A program made the position numbers and the translations under genes. Positions 27,895 to 41,335 of a stretch of 64,000 nt of DNA are shown here, one piece after another. The notes below the pieces were generated by a model. That model was not told the origin of the DNA. It saw only the letters and a program-made list of their open reading frames with translations, and did not search any database. The DNA is from Eledone cirrhosa (lineage: Eukaryota). The stretch is taken from positions 16,864,001 to 16,928,000 of the forward strand of contig OZ024755.1 of the NCBI GenBank assembly GCA_964016885.1. Direction: 5' to 3'. How positions within the stretch are numbered: position 1 is the first letter of the stretch; each line of letters starts with the position of its first letter.

Positions 27895-29217
27895 TCATTA
27901 GGTTCACGCTTATGTGTGTGTTTGTGTAAAAAGTAAACAAAAATAACAAAGCAAACGACACAGGACATTAGTGAAGAAATATATTAGTTTAACGCTTGTA
28001 TATATATATATGAGTTCGGATCTAGCTGTCGAAACGGCCAGAGCTCAGCCGTCGGGGTTATGATTCTTCTCCTATATATATATTCAGGTGAATTCCAGCT
28101 TTCAGAGAGTGTTTTAGTTCTTCATTGTTTTCATTATTATTATTATTGTTTTTATATTAATAATCATCTACCTGGATGATAGACAAGGCAGCAGAACCAC
28201 CATTCTGATTCTTCAGTTTTTTTTTTCCGTCTGCAATGCAATTTAGCTAAGCTACCCCGCTTATTCATTCCACCTTACATTGTTAGACACGGTCTTATCG
28301 TCTCCCGCGTAATTTACAGCGATCTCTTAACGTCGACTTGTTGGTTCACTTATATCCCGTTGTTTATTCCACTTGATAACAAAGAGTTGACATTCCACCC
28401 GGCTTCACTCTCTTCATATCTAGAATAGAAAAATAACCCGGTTTTTGCATGGCGACGTATTTCTTTTATTGAACTAATAATACAACTTATGTTAATTTTT
28501 ACTCGTTATTTTTGTTGTTGTTGTTCCTATGTTGTTGTTTATTCCATATATTAAGATACAGTTCTTTAAATTTACCATTTTTGCTTCGTTGTATCAAAGA
28601 ATATTTTGGGGCCAAATATTTCACGAATTATTAGAAACTAGTCATATTTATACATTGTATGTAAAAAAAAAAAGGCTTGATATTGGCGGCTACATTCACA
28701 TATTTTTTGTAAATAAATATCTTGTTATTGGAGCCTACATATATAGTGTATGTAAATAAATGGTTTGATATATATCATCCATCACAAACTAATTCGTTCT
28801 AGTGATATGATCGGAACTAGAATCCGATCGGATACGCCGGCATAAGGGTATTATAAATCTAGAGAAGATTATCTTTAAATATCCTTTAAGTAATCTGATC
28901 TTTATTGTCAATGTGATAACACAAAGATATATGTGGGATATATCTGTGTGTGTGGAGTATTTATATTAACAGACTTAGCTCCGCATTACCAGCAGTTTCA
29001 AGACGAGACATGTCGTTTACGTTGTGAGACCGCAGGTAATGTGGCGTAAAGACAAACTCTATCTTCCGCATTCTTAATTGGTCTTCTATTTGTACGCACC
29101 TGTGCACATACACACACATATTTTGTTAGTTTGGCAGTATGTCCCAACCAAAATATAACAATATCTGTTTCAACATACGATTTCACATCAGGAATCTTGC
29201 AAACAAATACTAAAACG

Positions 29218-29253
<36 letters not shown>

Positions 29254-30273
29254 GTGTGTGAACATGTGTGTAGATTGTTAACAAGTCTTGTTTTCATATT
29301 AAATCAGTAAAAAAATGAGTCTCTCTCTCTATATATATAGAGTCTCTCTCTCTATATATATGTGTGAGAGAGATATCAATATAAATTACCCAGCATATCA
29401 ATCATACTGACATTTCAGCTACGTTAAAAAAAAAAAACGTGGCTGAGGTCTGAGAAAGCAGCGATCCGTGGGAGTAGTGAGTAAAGATTGTTTATTTTAA
29501 ATGTTTGTGGTCATTGTCAGTCATCTAAAGTGAATTGGGTTTAATTGAAAATAAACCTCCAAGGCATAATTTTTTTTTATTATATCATTTATTCGACCAC
29601 GCGACCACTACTGTAAGAGACAAAAACCAATAATTATTGTATTTACAAAGAGAGAGAGAGAGAGAGTAAAATCGATTTTATCGGCTTGGAATCGCCTAAA
29701 GCTGTCTGAGTTTAATGTTTTAATTCCTGTTTTCGATAGAAAAATCGAAATACTTGAGGTGTGTGGGAGACCCTAAGTAAATATATAATTATATAGAAAT
29801 AAAATTCTGTTTCGAATAATTTTTTCTATATATTGTCCGCACGCATTGTTGATATGAGTGTCAGCTGAAACGATCATAGGCTGACCAAGATACTCTCATG
29901 GAATGACCAAATGAGGTTTATTTTTCAACGTTGTTCCTCCCCGGAAAGAAACACTGGAATTATTAATTAATAAGAAGAGTTGAAATTAATGAATGCAAGA
30001 TTTCACAACCCTAACACCACTCCTTCATAGTCAGTCCACCCTCATATACGACAACCTTCACCTTTCTACCCGATTTAGTTGGTTAAAACAACTAACAACA
30101 CCTCTCTCATACACAATATGACTTCGTAGAATCTCATTACTTCACATATCGTCCCAGAAATTTCACTAAATTGTCTGGAGACATTATTTTCAGGAATCAT
30201 AGGTGATGTAACAATGTTGATAAGTATTTTCAAACATAAACGTAAGACCACATATTTTGCGGAGGAGTATATA

Positions 30274-30334
<61 letters not shown>

Positions 30335-30429
30335 GTAGAACATTGTAGGGTTATATCCGCAGTAATAAAGCACCCAGTCCATGGGACGAGTTTGGTAGAA
30401 GTAGTTCCACAACAGTTAGTTCATCTTAG

Positions 30430-30472
30430 ACCGAGCTAAGAATCCGAATAAGGTGAAACAATTGTTCTCGGT
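30430..30472 (+). ncRNA. Degenerate hammerhead motif
   Basis: Stem I ACCGAG/CTCGGT is perfect; core mutated (CTAAGAA); T-CC-gaataa-GG-T; GAAACAATTGTT. Confidence 0.5.
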
Positions 30473-30525
30473 ATGGTGAAGTAAATGTTGTGGAACTACT
30501 TATATATATATATATATATATATAT

Positions 30526-30619
30526 ATAGGAACAAGTATGACCCCGACGGCAGAGCTCAAGCCGTTTCGACGGCTAATTCTGGACTATTACCATCTGGTT
30601 CCTTACCACACTTCCTTCG

Positions 30620-30653
<34 letters not shown>

Positions 30654-30812
30654 CGAAGGAAGTGTGGTAAGGAACCAGATGGACCATAACGCACAAGAGT
30701 ACTCAATACTTAGGGTAGTAGAGTGGGTAATAGGAAAATGTTTCTGGACCAGATGGTCCAGAAATAGCCGTCGAAACGGCTTGAGCTCTGCCGTCGGGGT
30801 TAAACATTTTCC

Positions 30813-30847
<35 letters not shown>

Positions 30848-31050
30848 AGAACAGATAGGATGTGGTAAAAAACCAGCTAAACCATAACTCACCAGAGTAC
30901 TCGATTCTTGGGGTAGTAGAGTGGGTAATATGAAAAGATTTAGGCCCCCGACGGCTGAGCTCTGGCAGTTTCGACAGTTAGATCCGAACTGTTCGGATCT
31001 AGCTGTCGAAACGGCCGGAGCTCAGCCGTCGGGGTCATGAATCTTTTCAT
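30526..31050. mobile_element. Cluster of family A fragments in both orientations
   Basis: Repeated gccgtcgaaacggc...gagctc...gccgtcgggg and ttacccactctactaccc tail segments separated by (TA)n. Confidence 0.6.
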
Positions 31051-31109
31051 ATACATATAATTATATATATTGTGTGTGTGTGTAGGTTTCCGTGACATTT
31101 CGGGAGTAA

Positions 31110-31163
31110 CCATAGTTAAAGAAGGTATATATATATGTATATATATATGTGTGTGTATATATG

Positions 31164-31224
<61 letters not shown>

Positions 31225-32031
31225 GTATATATATATGTATATATATATATGTATATATATATGTATATATATATATGTATATATATATATGTATATATAT
31301 ATATGTATATATATATATATGTATATATATATGTATATATATATATGTATATGTATATATATATATGTATATATATATGTATATATATATATGTATATGT
31401 ATATATATATATGTATATATATATGTATATATATATATGTATATGTATATATATATATGTATATATATATATGTATATATATATATGTATATATATATGT
31501 ATATGTATGTATATATATATGTATATGTATATATATGTATATGTATATATATATATGTATATATATATATGTATATGTATATATATATATGTATATGTAT
31601 ATGTATATATATATGTGTATATATGTATATATATATGTGTATATATATATATGTGTATATATGTATATATATATGTGTATATATATATGTATATATATAT
31701 GTGTATATATGTATATATATATGTGTATATATGTATATATATGTGTATATATGTATATATATATGTGTATATATGTATATATATATGTGTATATATGTAT
31801 ATATATATGTGTATATATGTATATATATATGTGTATATATGTATATATATATGTGTATATATGTATATATATATGTGTATATATGTATATATATATGTGT
31901 ATATATATATATATATGTATATATATATGTGTATATATATATATATGTATATGTGTGTATATATATATATGTATATATATATATGTGTATATATATATAT
32001 ATATGTATATATATATGTGTATATATATATA

Positions 32032-32074
<43 letters not shown>

Positions 32075-32200
32075 GTGTGTATATATATATATGTATATAT
32101 ATATATTGAGTATCTTCTTTGTGTTTGTATGCATGTATATATATATATATATTGAGTATCTTCTTTGTGTTTGTATGCATGTATATATATATATATATAA
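31110..32200. repeat. Long compound (TA/TG) microsatellite
   Basis: About 1.1 kb of TATATATG-type repeats, the source of the YI/HI/CV pseudo-ORFs. Similar tracts lie at 794-1055, 7237-7545, 16148-16864 and elsewhere. Confidence 0.97.
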
Positions 32201-32409
32201 TTGTTTCTACTTTTGGCACAAGGCCACCAATTATCCCAGTGTATTACTCGTACTTTATTTTATCGACCCCGTATATATAATGAATGTGTGTGTGTTCATA
32301 TTCACATAAATAAACACACAGGTGATATTAATTTGAACATGATAGAGTTTCGCGCCGCCCGATGTGTTTTTCATTAGAAACCCATCCAAGCGGATCAATG
32401 TTTGTATAT

Positions 32410-32711
32410 ACTTTATCTAGTTATATACCTTTATCCAGTTATATACCTCTATCTAGTTATATACCTTTATCTAGTTATATACCTCTATCTAGTTATATAC
32501 CTCTATCTAGTTATATACTTTATCTAGTTATATACCTCTATCTAGTTATATACCTCTATCTAGTTATATACTTTATCTAGTTATATACCTTTACCCAGTT
32601 ATATACTTTATCTAGTTATATACCTTTATCCAGTTATATACCTTTATCTAGTTATATACCTTTATCTAGTTATATACCTTTATCCAGTTATATACCTCTA
32701 TCTAGTTATAT
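32410..32711. repeat. 18-bp minisatellite
   Basis: Unit ttatctagttatatacct. Confidence 0.92.
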
Positions 32712-32787
32712 ATCACTACACGTTTATGTCTCATTTTATGTATGCCGTTTTTATTTATCTACAAATTTCATCTATTTTTCCTGTCTG

Positions 32788-32860
<73 letters not shown>

Positions 32861-32861
<1 letters not shown>

Positions 32862-33049
32862 GTTATTCCGGTTTGAGTCGGAGGTAACCACAGTAAGTAA
32901 GGTACTCAATACATTGCAGAGTATAAAAGTTTTAATATAGATGAGATTCTACAGGACTAGAACTGTTTCATTCTTTAGAAATCATCAGAGATTCCTGATG
33001 ATTTCTAAAGAATGAAACAGTTCTAGTCCTGTAGAATCTCATCTATATT

Positions 33050-33081
<32 letters not shown>

Positions 33082-33349
33082 ACAAAGAAGCTGTGGTAGG
33101 ATACCAGGTGGACCATAACGCACCAGAGTACTCAATACTTAGAGTAGTAGAGTGGGTAATAGGAAAAGAGTTCGGATCTAGCTGTCGAAACGGCCGGAGC
33201 TCAGCCGTCGGGGTCCTGACTCTTTTCCTATATATATAGCTCAGGTTCAATCTGCAGTAACCATAGTAAGTAAGGTACTCAACACATTGTAGAGTATACA
33301 CAATATTTAACATAGAAATGGCTTCTACAGGACTAGAACTGTTTCATTC

Positions 33350-33350
<1 letters not shown>
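32861..33350. mobile_element. Cluster of Penelope-like termini (families B and A) in (TA)n
   Basis: Family B tail and fold-back 32861-33053, family A piece 33078-33232, truncated family B 33238-33350. Confidence 0.6.
32988..33040 (+). ncRNA. Type I hammerhead ribozyme motif (U.U at base of stem II)
   Basis: Stem I GAGATTC/GAATCTC; CTGATGA; T-TTC-taaa-GAA-T; GAAA; stem III ACAG/CTGT; GUA cut after 33033. It lies in the fold-back 32931-33053. Confidence 0.75.
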
Positions 33351-33405
<55 letters not shown>

Positions 33406-33406
<1 letters not shown>

Positions 33407-33505
33407 ACGGTGTCCCCAAAAATGTATACATACTTCAACAGCTTTCTAATAAATATTGCCTGTACAAGTAATCAAAGTATGTATACATTTTTGGGGGACA
33501 CTGTA
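33406..33505. mobile_element. Tc1-like MITE
   Basis: TIR ggtgtccccaaaaatgtatacatactt / aagtatgtatacatttttgggggacac in a TA context. Confidence 0.7.
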
Positions 33506-34014
33506 TATTTCTCTCACATGTATACACACTGTTGAATAGCAGGGATCGTTTGTCAACGTCACTATATTCGTTGTTGTTTAGCCCCAAGTCAACCCTGGCT
33601 GAGAGAAACTATGATTAAATGTCTATCCAACCTTGACCATCCATCCACCCCACCTTTTATAGAAAGGTGTAGAGACAGTGTATCTCATCTTTGATTTACA
33701 GGTACACCTCTTTTTTATCTGCTGACTGGACTGGAGTAAGGACATAACGCGTCGCCGGGAAACGAGATCTCGACCTTACGATTCTAAGCCGAATGTTTTA
33801 AACATTAATCCACGCGCCTTCACTGATATTGTAATACCTGCGTTGCTATCAGCTCACCTAAATATATATGTAGAACGTAGCTATTGTTTTTAAACACCAG
33901 TTAACCCTAAGATATGATTAAAGAAAGGCATTCTAGTCTTCTGTTTGGTTTGATTTTAGGAATAGTGTTTCTAGGACTACATTGTTCAATGTATCCATTC
34001 CCTTTTTTCATGAC

Positions 34015-35556
34015 GTAGGGTATGGTATTTTGAGGGAACTTTTCTAGCTATTTCTAGCAGCTCGAACGACCGTAGGGTATGGTGTTTTGAGGGGAGCTTT
34101 TCTAGCTATTTCTAGCAGCTCGAATGACCGTAGGGTATGGTATTTTGAAGGAACTTTTCTAGCTATTTCTAGCAACCCGAACGACAGTAGGGTATGGTAT
34201 TTTGAAGGAACTTTTCTAGCTATTTCTAGCAACCCGAACGACAGTAGGGTATGGTATTTTGAAGGAACTTTTCTAGCTATTTCTAGCAACCCGAACGACA
34301 GTAGGGTATGGTATTTTGAAGGAACTTTTCTAGCTATTTCTAGCAACCCGAACGACAGTAGGGTATGGTATTTTGAAGGAACTTTTCTAGCTATTTCTAG
34401 CAACCCGAACGACAGTAGGGTATGGTATTTTGAAGGAACTTTTCTAGCTATTTCTAGCAACCCGAACGACAGTAGGGTATGGTATTTTGAAGGAACTTTT
34501 CTAGCTATTTCTAGCAACCCGAACGACAGTAGGGTATGGTATTTTGAAGGAACTTTTCTAGCTATTTCTCGCAACCCGAACGACAGTAGGGTATGGTATT
34601 TTGAAGGAACTTTTCTAGCTATTTCTAGCAACCCGAACGACAGTAGGGTATGGTATTTTGAAGGAACTTTTCTAGCTATTTCTAGCAACCCGAACGACAG
34701 TAGGGTATGGTATTTTGAAGGAACTTTTCTAGCTATTTCTAGCAACCCGAACGACAGTAGGGTATGGTATTTTGAAGGAACTTTTCTAGCTATTTCTAGC
34801 AACCCGAACGACAGTAGGGTATGGTATTTTGAAGGAACTTTTCTAGCTATTTCTAGCAACCCGAACGACAGTAGGGTATGGTATTTTGAAGGAACTTTTC
34901 TAGCTATTTCTAGCAACCCGAACGACAGTAGGGTATGGTATTTTGAAGGAACTTTTCTAGCTATTTCTCGCAACCCGAACGACAGTAGGGTATGGTATTT
35001 TGAAGGAACTTTTCTAGCTATTTCTAGCAACCCGAACGACAGTAGGGTATGGTATTTTGAAGGAACTTTTCTAGCTATTTCTAGCAACCCGAACGACAGT
35101 AGGGTATGGTATTTTGAAGGAACTTTTCTAGCTATTTCTAGCAACCCGAACGACAGTAGGGTATGGTATTTTGAAGGAACTTTTCTAGCTATTTCTAGCA
35201 ACCCGAACGACAGTAGGGTATGGTATTTTGAAGGAACTTTTCTAGCTATTTCTAGCAACCCGAACGACAGTAGGGTATGGTATTTTGAAGGAACTTTTCT
35301 AGCTATTTCTAGCAACCCGAACGACAGTAGGGTATGGTATTTTGAAGGAACTTTTCTAGCTATTTCTCGCAACCCGAACGACAGTAGGGTATGGTATTTT
35401 GAAGGAACTTTTCTAGCTATTTCTAGCAACCCGAACGACAGTAGGGTATGGTATTTTGAAGGAACTTTTCTAGCTATTTCTAGCAACCTGAACGACAGTA
35501 GGGTATGGTATTTTGAGGGAGCTTTGCTAACTATTTCTAGCAACCCGAACGACCAT
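34015..35556. repeat. 57-bp minisatellite, about 27 copies, highly homogeneous
   Basis: Unit gtagggtatggtattttgaaggaacttttctagctatttctagcaacccgaacgaca. Confidence 0.97.
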
Positions 35557-35665
35557 GCTAGAGGCTCCCTCAATCTGGTACAAAGATGTGATTCATTTAG
35601 TAGTGGGGGTGGTTGTGGTTTGTTCACTTCTGGCTTCCAGTGTTTTGGCTCCAGGGTAAACAGAG

Positions 35666-35707
<42 letters not shown>

Positions 35708-36157
35708 AGATGTACACTGGAATCTCGCCTCCTTTGTCTTGACGTACTTATTCTCCTTTTTTAAAAATATATAACTGTACTAGTTGGGATATCTTTATTT
35801 ACTTATGTATTTATAGCTACAGGTAGTTAGTTAGCTACGAATTTACCATTGTCTCCACCACCACTACCATGAATATAGTGACATATGCAACAACTACAGT
35901 AACACAACACCACTACTAGAACTCTGTAACTATAACATGCCATTTTAACCACCGTCCTAAAAAAAAAAAAAAAAATCCCACTCAACAATAGTGTAGCTTT
36001 GCTATTGTCACCACCACCACCACCACTACGTCACTATAGCAACGATTAATCGCCACCCACCCAATTGTACTTGGAGGGACTTAACCCTTTTGTTACCATA
36101 TTTCTAATAAATGACACAGCCAATGTTTTTCAAGTAATTTTTTCATTATTAAGCGTA

Positions 36158-36608
36158 ATAATTGTTTCTACTTTAGGCACAAGGCCAGCAAATACCCAGT
36201 GCCTTACTGGTACTTTTATTTTATCGACCCCGTAAGGATGAAAGGCAAAGTCAACCTCGGCGGGATTTGAACTCAGATCGTAAAGGGCCGTAACTATGCT
36301 GGAAAGCATGGCGTCCGACCCTCTACCGATACTGCCAATCCAGTAATAATAAAATCAACAAAGGAAGGCACAGCTTATATGATTTTCAAATTTTGAGAGA
36401 TTTAGCTGTATAACTACTAACTTTCTCATCAGTATCGGTAGAGGGTCACACGCCATGCTTTGCAACATAGAGTTACGGCCTTTTACGGTCTGAGTTCAAA
36501 TCCTGTAGAAGTTAACTTTGCCTTTCATCCTTATGGGGTTGATAAAATAAAGTACCAGTAATGCACTGAGATAATTGCTAGCCTTGTGCCAAAAGTAGAA
36601 ACAATTAT
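36158..36608. mobile_element. Inverted pair of S1 SINEs (36158-36341 -, 36430-36608 +)
   Basis: Sequence identity to the 46129 copy in opposite orientations. Confidence 0.85.
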
Positions 36609-37741
36609 TTAGCATAACTTAAAAAAAGGTTTTGGCTTAAAATTATGATGGAACGATTTTTGATGAATATACACACTTTGTCAACTTTGCTTTTCATCCT
36701 TTTGTGGTTGATAACAAAAAGTACCAGTTTAGTAGTACTGGGGTTGATTCTTCTTCTATGTTTCTTTCTCACTTTCCCTCTTTCACTCACTTTTTATTCT
36801 TCTCTGGAAGAAATCTATTGTATTAAGACCTGGAGAGGGACGGGTTCTGCCAGGTTTAAAATTGTCCTAGAAACGCCACCTGCTTCTAAGGTGCCCTTAC
36901 AACTCCATAAGAAGGTGTGGGACCATATCATACATTAAACAGCTTTGTATCATAGAATTCAGGGAAGTTTCAGGCTGTTTAGTATCAAAGGAGTGAAAGT
37001 GTAACAACACTACTATCACTACCTATATTACTTTCACCACCAAAGCATATCACCTCTACCCCTTCTCAAAATACTTTATTTCACAAGCCCTCTATCTGGT
37101 TGCTTGATCTGCTATAAATAGAAGCTTCCGTCAAATCATAACCTACCAGCTTAAATATAGAATATAAATATATAAATATAGAAAGGTATGTTAGTCAATG
37201 TAGTCAATGCTATAAAAGAACCAGCATGATGGTCACGTTTGAAACGACTTTCAACATAGGTCTGCTTCATCAGGGCTTACCTGGTCAAATCAACATGAAA
37301 GTAAAAAACAAACAGAGTGGATAATGGAGCCCTAGATAATGTGTGTTTAAAGAGACACACTGGAATGTCTTTGATCATATAACTGCTCAATCAGGGCTGA
37401 CATATGTCTAGACAACAACACCATATACTTATTGTGAAGGCGGGGAAAAATCCAAAATAACTTAAAAAAGAAAAACATCTTAAGTCTATTTCCATTGACA
37501 CATGTCAGTATGTTTGTTTGTTTAAATAGTGTAAACTGCAAACATTTTTTTTCATGTTACTATTTCTTATTACTATCTTTTGTGTCACTGAAGACTGAGT
37601 CTTTGGATTTGCTTGTGCTTCTTTGCTGTTTGGTAACACCAGTTAATTTTCTCTAAATTTTCCTTTTAACTGAAATTATGGCTTGTAAAGTAAGAACACA
37701 AACAATAAGAGTTTAACTAAACAGAAAATGTATTGTTCAGT

Positions 37742-37787
<46 letters not shown>

Positions 37788-38379
37788 TATATATATATGA
37801 TAAAAAATATATTGTGAGTGATAAATATCAGCCAACATCATCATTTAACACCCATTTTACCAGTTAGTAAGAGTTAGATGTGTCTTCACTGACCATGTCA
37901 GTACTGAAGCGGAGCTACTGACCTCACAAATGGGCTGGTAGTCTGTGTCTTCCATATATACATTCCCACTCTGAATGCACCAGATGCATTTTATCATGGA
38001 TCCCCAAGTGAGACTAGCCAAGCTCATGGATGTTATCCAACCCTCTTGTTCAAGGTCATCCCCTGGGTCGCCTTGCCAGTTGGTTTTGCCTGTAAAATCT
38101 ATCCAGCAATTTTTTCCTTAGACATTTTAACCACATGTCCATAGAATCAGAGTTGTGGTGAGAGCTTGTACGAAGGCACTGGATCCATTATTGATGTCAT
38201 GTTTTACGATGCATCTTGGCTTCTAATGTAAAATATTTACCTTTATACAAATAGTTTCTAATTGTCAGCTGGTTACACCCAGGTTAAACCTTTCCACTTT
38301 AATATCTCTAATTTCCTAGATATTTCTTTAGTTCATCAATACAATGATAATGATTTAAAATATACTTGTTTATGTAGTT

Positions 38380-38900
38380 TGTAAGGTAAACAGCACTCGG
38401 TCATCAGAAGAAGGGAGGTTGGTGTAAAAGCCAAACTCACTATATTCAATTCGGTATTTGTACCTACCCTTACTTATGGTCATGAATTTTGGGTAATGAC
38501 TGAAAGAATTTGATTGTGAATACAAGTAGTCAAAATGAGGTCCTCCAAAGGGTTTTTGGAGTAACATTACTTTGGAGGATGTGTAACTTGGAGACCAGGG
38601 AGGTGTTGTAACTTGGAGACTAGGGAATCGTTCCAGGTAAAGCCACTACTTCTCTGTATTGAGAGATCACAGCTTTGGTGCTATTGATACACATTTAAAA
38701 TGTCTAAGGAAAGAATCATATGATAGATTTTACTGGCAAAGCCAACTAGTAGGGATCCCAGTGGTAGACCATGAACAAAATAGTTGGATAACATCAATGA
38801 GCTCACTTGGTCTTATTTGGGGATCCAACTGGATCATTTGGAGATAGTTGCTTCCAATAGGACCCCCTGGAAGGCTGGTTTGAAGACCCTTTCAAAAGTA
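38380..38900 (+). mobile_element. Degenerate RTE LINE 3' ORF fragment
   Basis: AKLTIFNSVFVPTLTYGHEFWVMTER...PLLLCIERSQLW...GRP*TK*LDNINELTWSYLGI with stops. A second inverted piece lies at about 38055-38160. Confidence 0.75.
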
Positions 38901-39075
38901 AGTTGGGGATCCAAGTGGATCATTTGGAGATGCTTTCATCTTCCCCACTCCCATCACTGCCCTCCCAGCTTGGCTGAGGATGACACAACAGGCACCTTAG
39001 TGTTGATAAATGGTAGTGCTAATGTCACAGTAAAATACACCCAGCCCACTCTAAAGTGGTAGTGCTGTTGCACAA

Positions 39076-39890
39076 TGACAATAGGCTTGTATTCCATGAT
39101 GGTGGAGGTGTGACAGTAGGCTTGTATTCCATGATGGTGGAGGTGTGACAGTAGGCTTGTATTCCATGATGGTGGAGGTGTGACAGTAGGCTTGTATTCC
39201 ATGGTGGTGGAGGTGTGACAGTAGGCTTGTATTCTATTGGGGAAGTAAGTTTATATTCCAAGGTAGAGGTGTGACAGTAAGTTTATATTCCAAGGTAGAG
39301 GTGTGACAGTAAGTTTATATTCCAAGGTAGAGGTGTGACAGTAAATTTATATTCCAAGGTGGGGGTGTGACAGTAAGTTTATATTCCAAGGTAGAGGTGT
39401 GACAGTAAGTTTATATTCCAAGGTAGAGATGTGACAGTAAGTTTATATTCCAAGGTAGAGGTGTGACAGTAAGTTTATATTCCAAGGTAGAGGTGTGACA
39501 GTAAATTTATATTCCAAGGTGGGGGTGTGACAGTAAGTTTATATTCCAAGGTAGAGGTGTGACAGTAAGTTTATATTCCAAGGTAGAGATGTGACAGTAA
39601 GTTTATATTCCAATGTGGAGGTGTGATTGTAAATTTGTATTCCAAGGTAGAGAGAGGTGTGACAAAATGTTTGTATTCTATTGAGGAGCTGTGACAGTAA
39701 ATTTGTGTTCTATGGCGTAAGTGTGACAGTAAATTTGTATTCCAAGGTAGAGGTGTGACAGTAAGTTCATATTCCAATGTGGAAGTGTGACAGTAAGCTT
39801 ATATTCCAAGTGAAGGTGTGACAGTAAGTTCATATTCCAATGTGGAAGTGTGACAGTAAGCTTATATTCTATGGGAGTGAGGTGTGACAA
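39076..39890. repeat. 35-bp then 32-bp minisatellite
   Basis: Core gaggtgtgacagta...tattcca; the period changes near 39240. Confidence 0.92.
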
Positions 39891-40083
39891 TAATTTTGAA
39901 GTTTCACGTGGAATGCTGCTAGAATTCCAGAAAAGCTATGTAACCAGTTTACTTAATGAAGTGATATGTGTATAACAACACTAACATGGATTTAATCTTG
40001 GTGCCGGACTATTTAGAAAATAAGATTGAGCAAAAGGACTGAGGTCATTGTTTTATTTTCCAATTTGACATGTGTGTGGCTCT

Positions 40084-40119
<36 letters not shown>

Positions 40120-41335
40120 TAGTGCATTGGTAGAGGTGGGGTAGAAAGTGTGTGGATGTGTGTTTAAGAGAAAGAAAGGGACAGAGAGAATTTGTGTGCG
40201 TGTGTGACAGAGCGAATGTGTGTGGGTGTATGTTAAAGAGTGAGAGATAAAATGTGTGTATTTGAGTTTCTGTCTGTGTAAGCGAGAGGGAGAAAGTGTG
40301 TGTGTGTGAGAGAGAGTGTGTGTGTGTGTGTGTGTGTGATTATAATTACATTTGCATAGAATAATGTCTAGACTGCTCATCAAACTGTCTTTCATATATA
40401 CTGAACACACACATATCTAAAGAAACCAATATATATTGGAACTTATTGGCCAAAGATTGACAAGGTAGCATAAAACGAGGGAGGAGGGGCAGGTTGTGAG
40501 GGCAGGTGTGGGGGAAGATTGTGAGGGGAGTGCGTGGGGGTAAGGTGTGGGAGTAAGGGAGACAAGGACCCGAGAGGCCAAAATGTGCAACCATTTCTAT
40601 TTCCAATTGTTAAATTAAAATTTTTTTTATTGAACAATAAACTTCATTCAGAAGACATCAACCAATGTGTCTCAATCTTTTATTCTTTTAATGGTTTCAG
40701 TCATAGGACTGTGGCCATGTTGGGGCACCTCTTTATCAGGATTTAGTCAACCATATCAACCCAAGTGCTTATTTATTTTAAGTCTGGTACTTACTTATTT
40801 CATCGATTACTTTGTGTTGAACTGCTATGTTACATGACATAAACACTATATAATAATTACAGGGACAAGTGAAAGGATAGAACCCAGGGTCTTGGGATTG
40901 GAAAGTAAACTTTCTATTGTGGCAACATGGCTAGGATAGGAAATATATCGTTTTTTATGTGTGTGTGTAAATTTTAAAGTAGCAGTGGTGGTGTCATTGA
41001 TAATGTTTAATTCCTCTAACTTTAAATAATATTCTGGTTAATATGTTCACTTCACTACTAAGTATTACTAGATCATAGAAAAACTCTACAATTGCACTCC
41101 ATTTCAATACGGGGCCTTCTCTCTCCTGCTGGAGGAAATCCTCCCTGGTTGACCTCTACTGCCTTCTATTTGGTTTGGTTATGTCAGGGGTGTAGCCATA
41201 CTCACCACACCTGGCCAATTATGTGTTGGTGGGGCAATTTAATCCATAGTTGGGGTGGATGGCTGTTGATCTGAGGAGTTAACCTGCCCTTTTAACAGCT
41301 CTTGTTTTTTGTACTGCTTGAGTTCCACTTACTCT

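Noticed and set aside
31061-32309. 300-390-aa YI/HI/CV-rich ORFs (also 16056-16919, 7119-7607 and others)
   Set aside because: Translations of TA/TG/CA microsatellites.
34044-35742. 551/557-aa ORFs on both strands, and a possible CRISPR-like array
   Set aside because: Pure 57-bp tandem repeat (a multiple of 3, stop-free by chance), with no spacers, no cas genes and a eukaryotic context.
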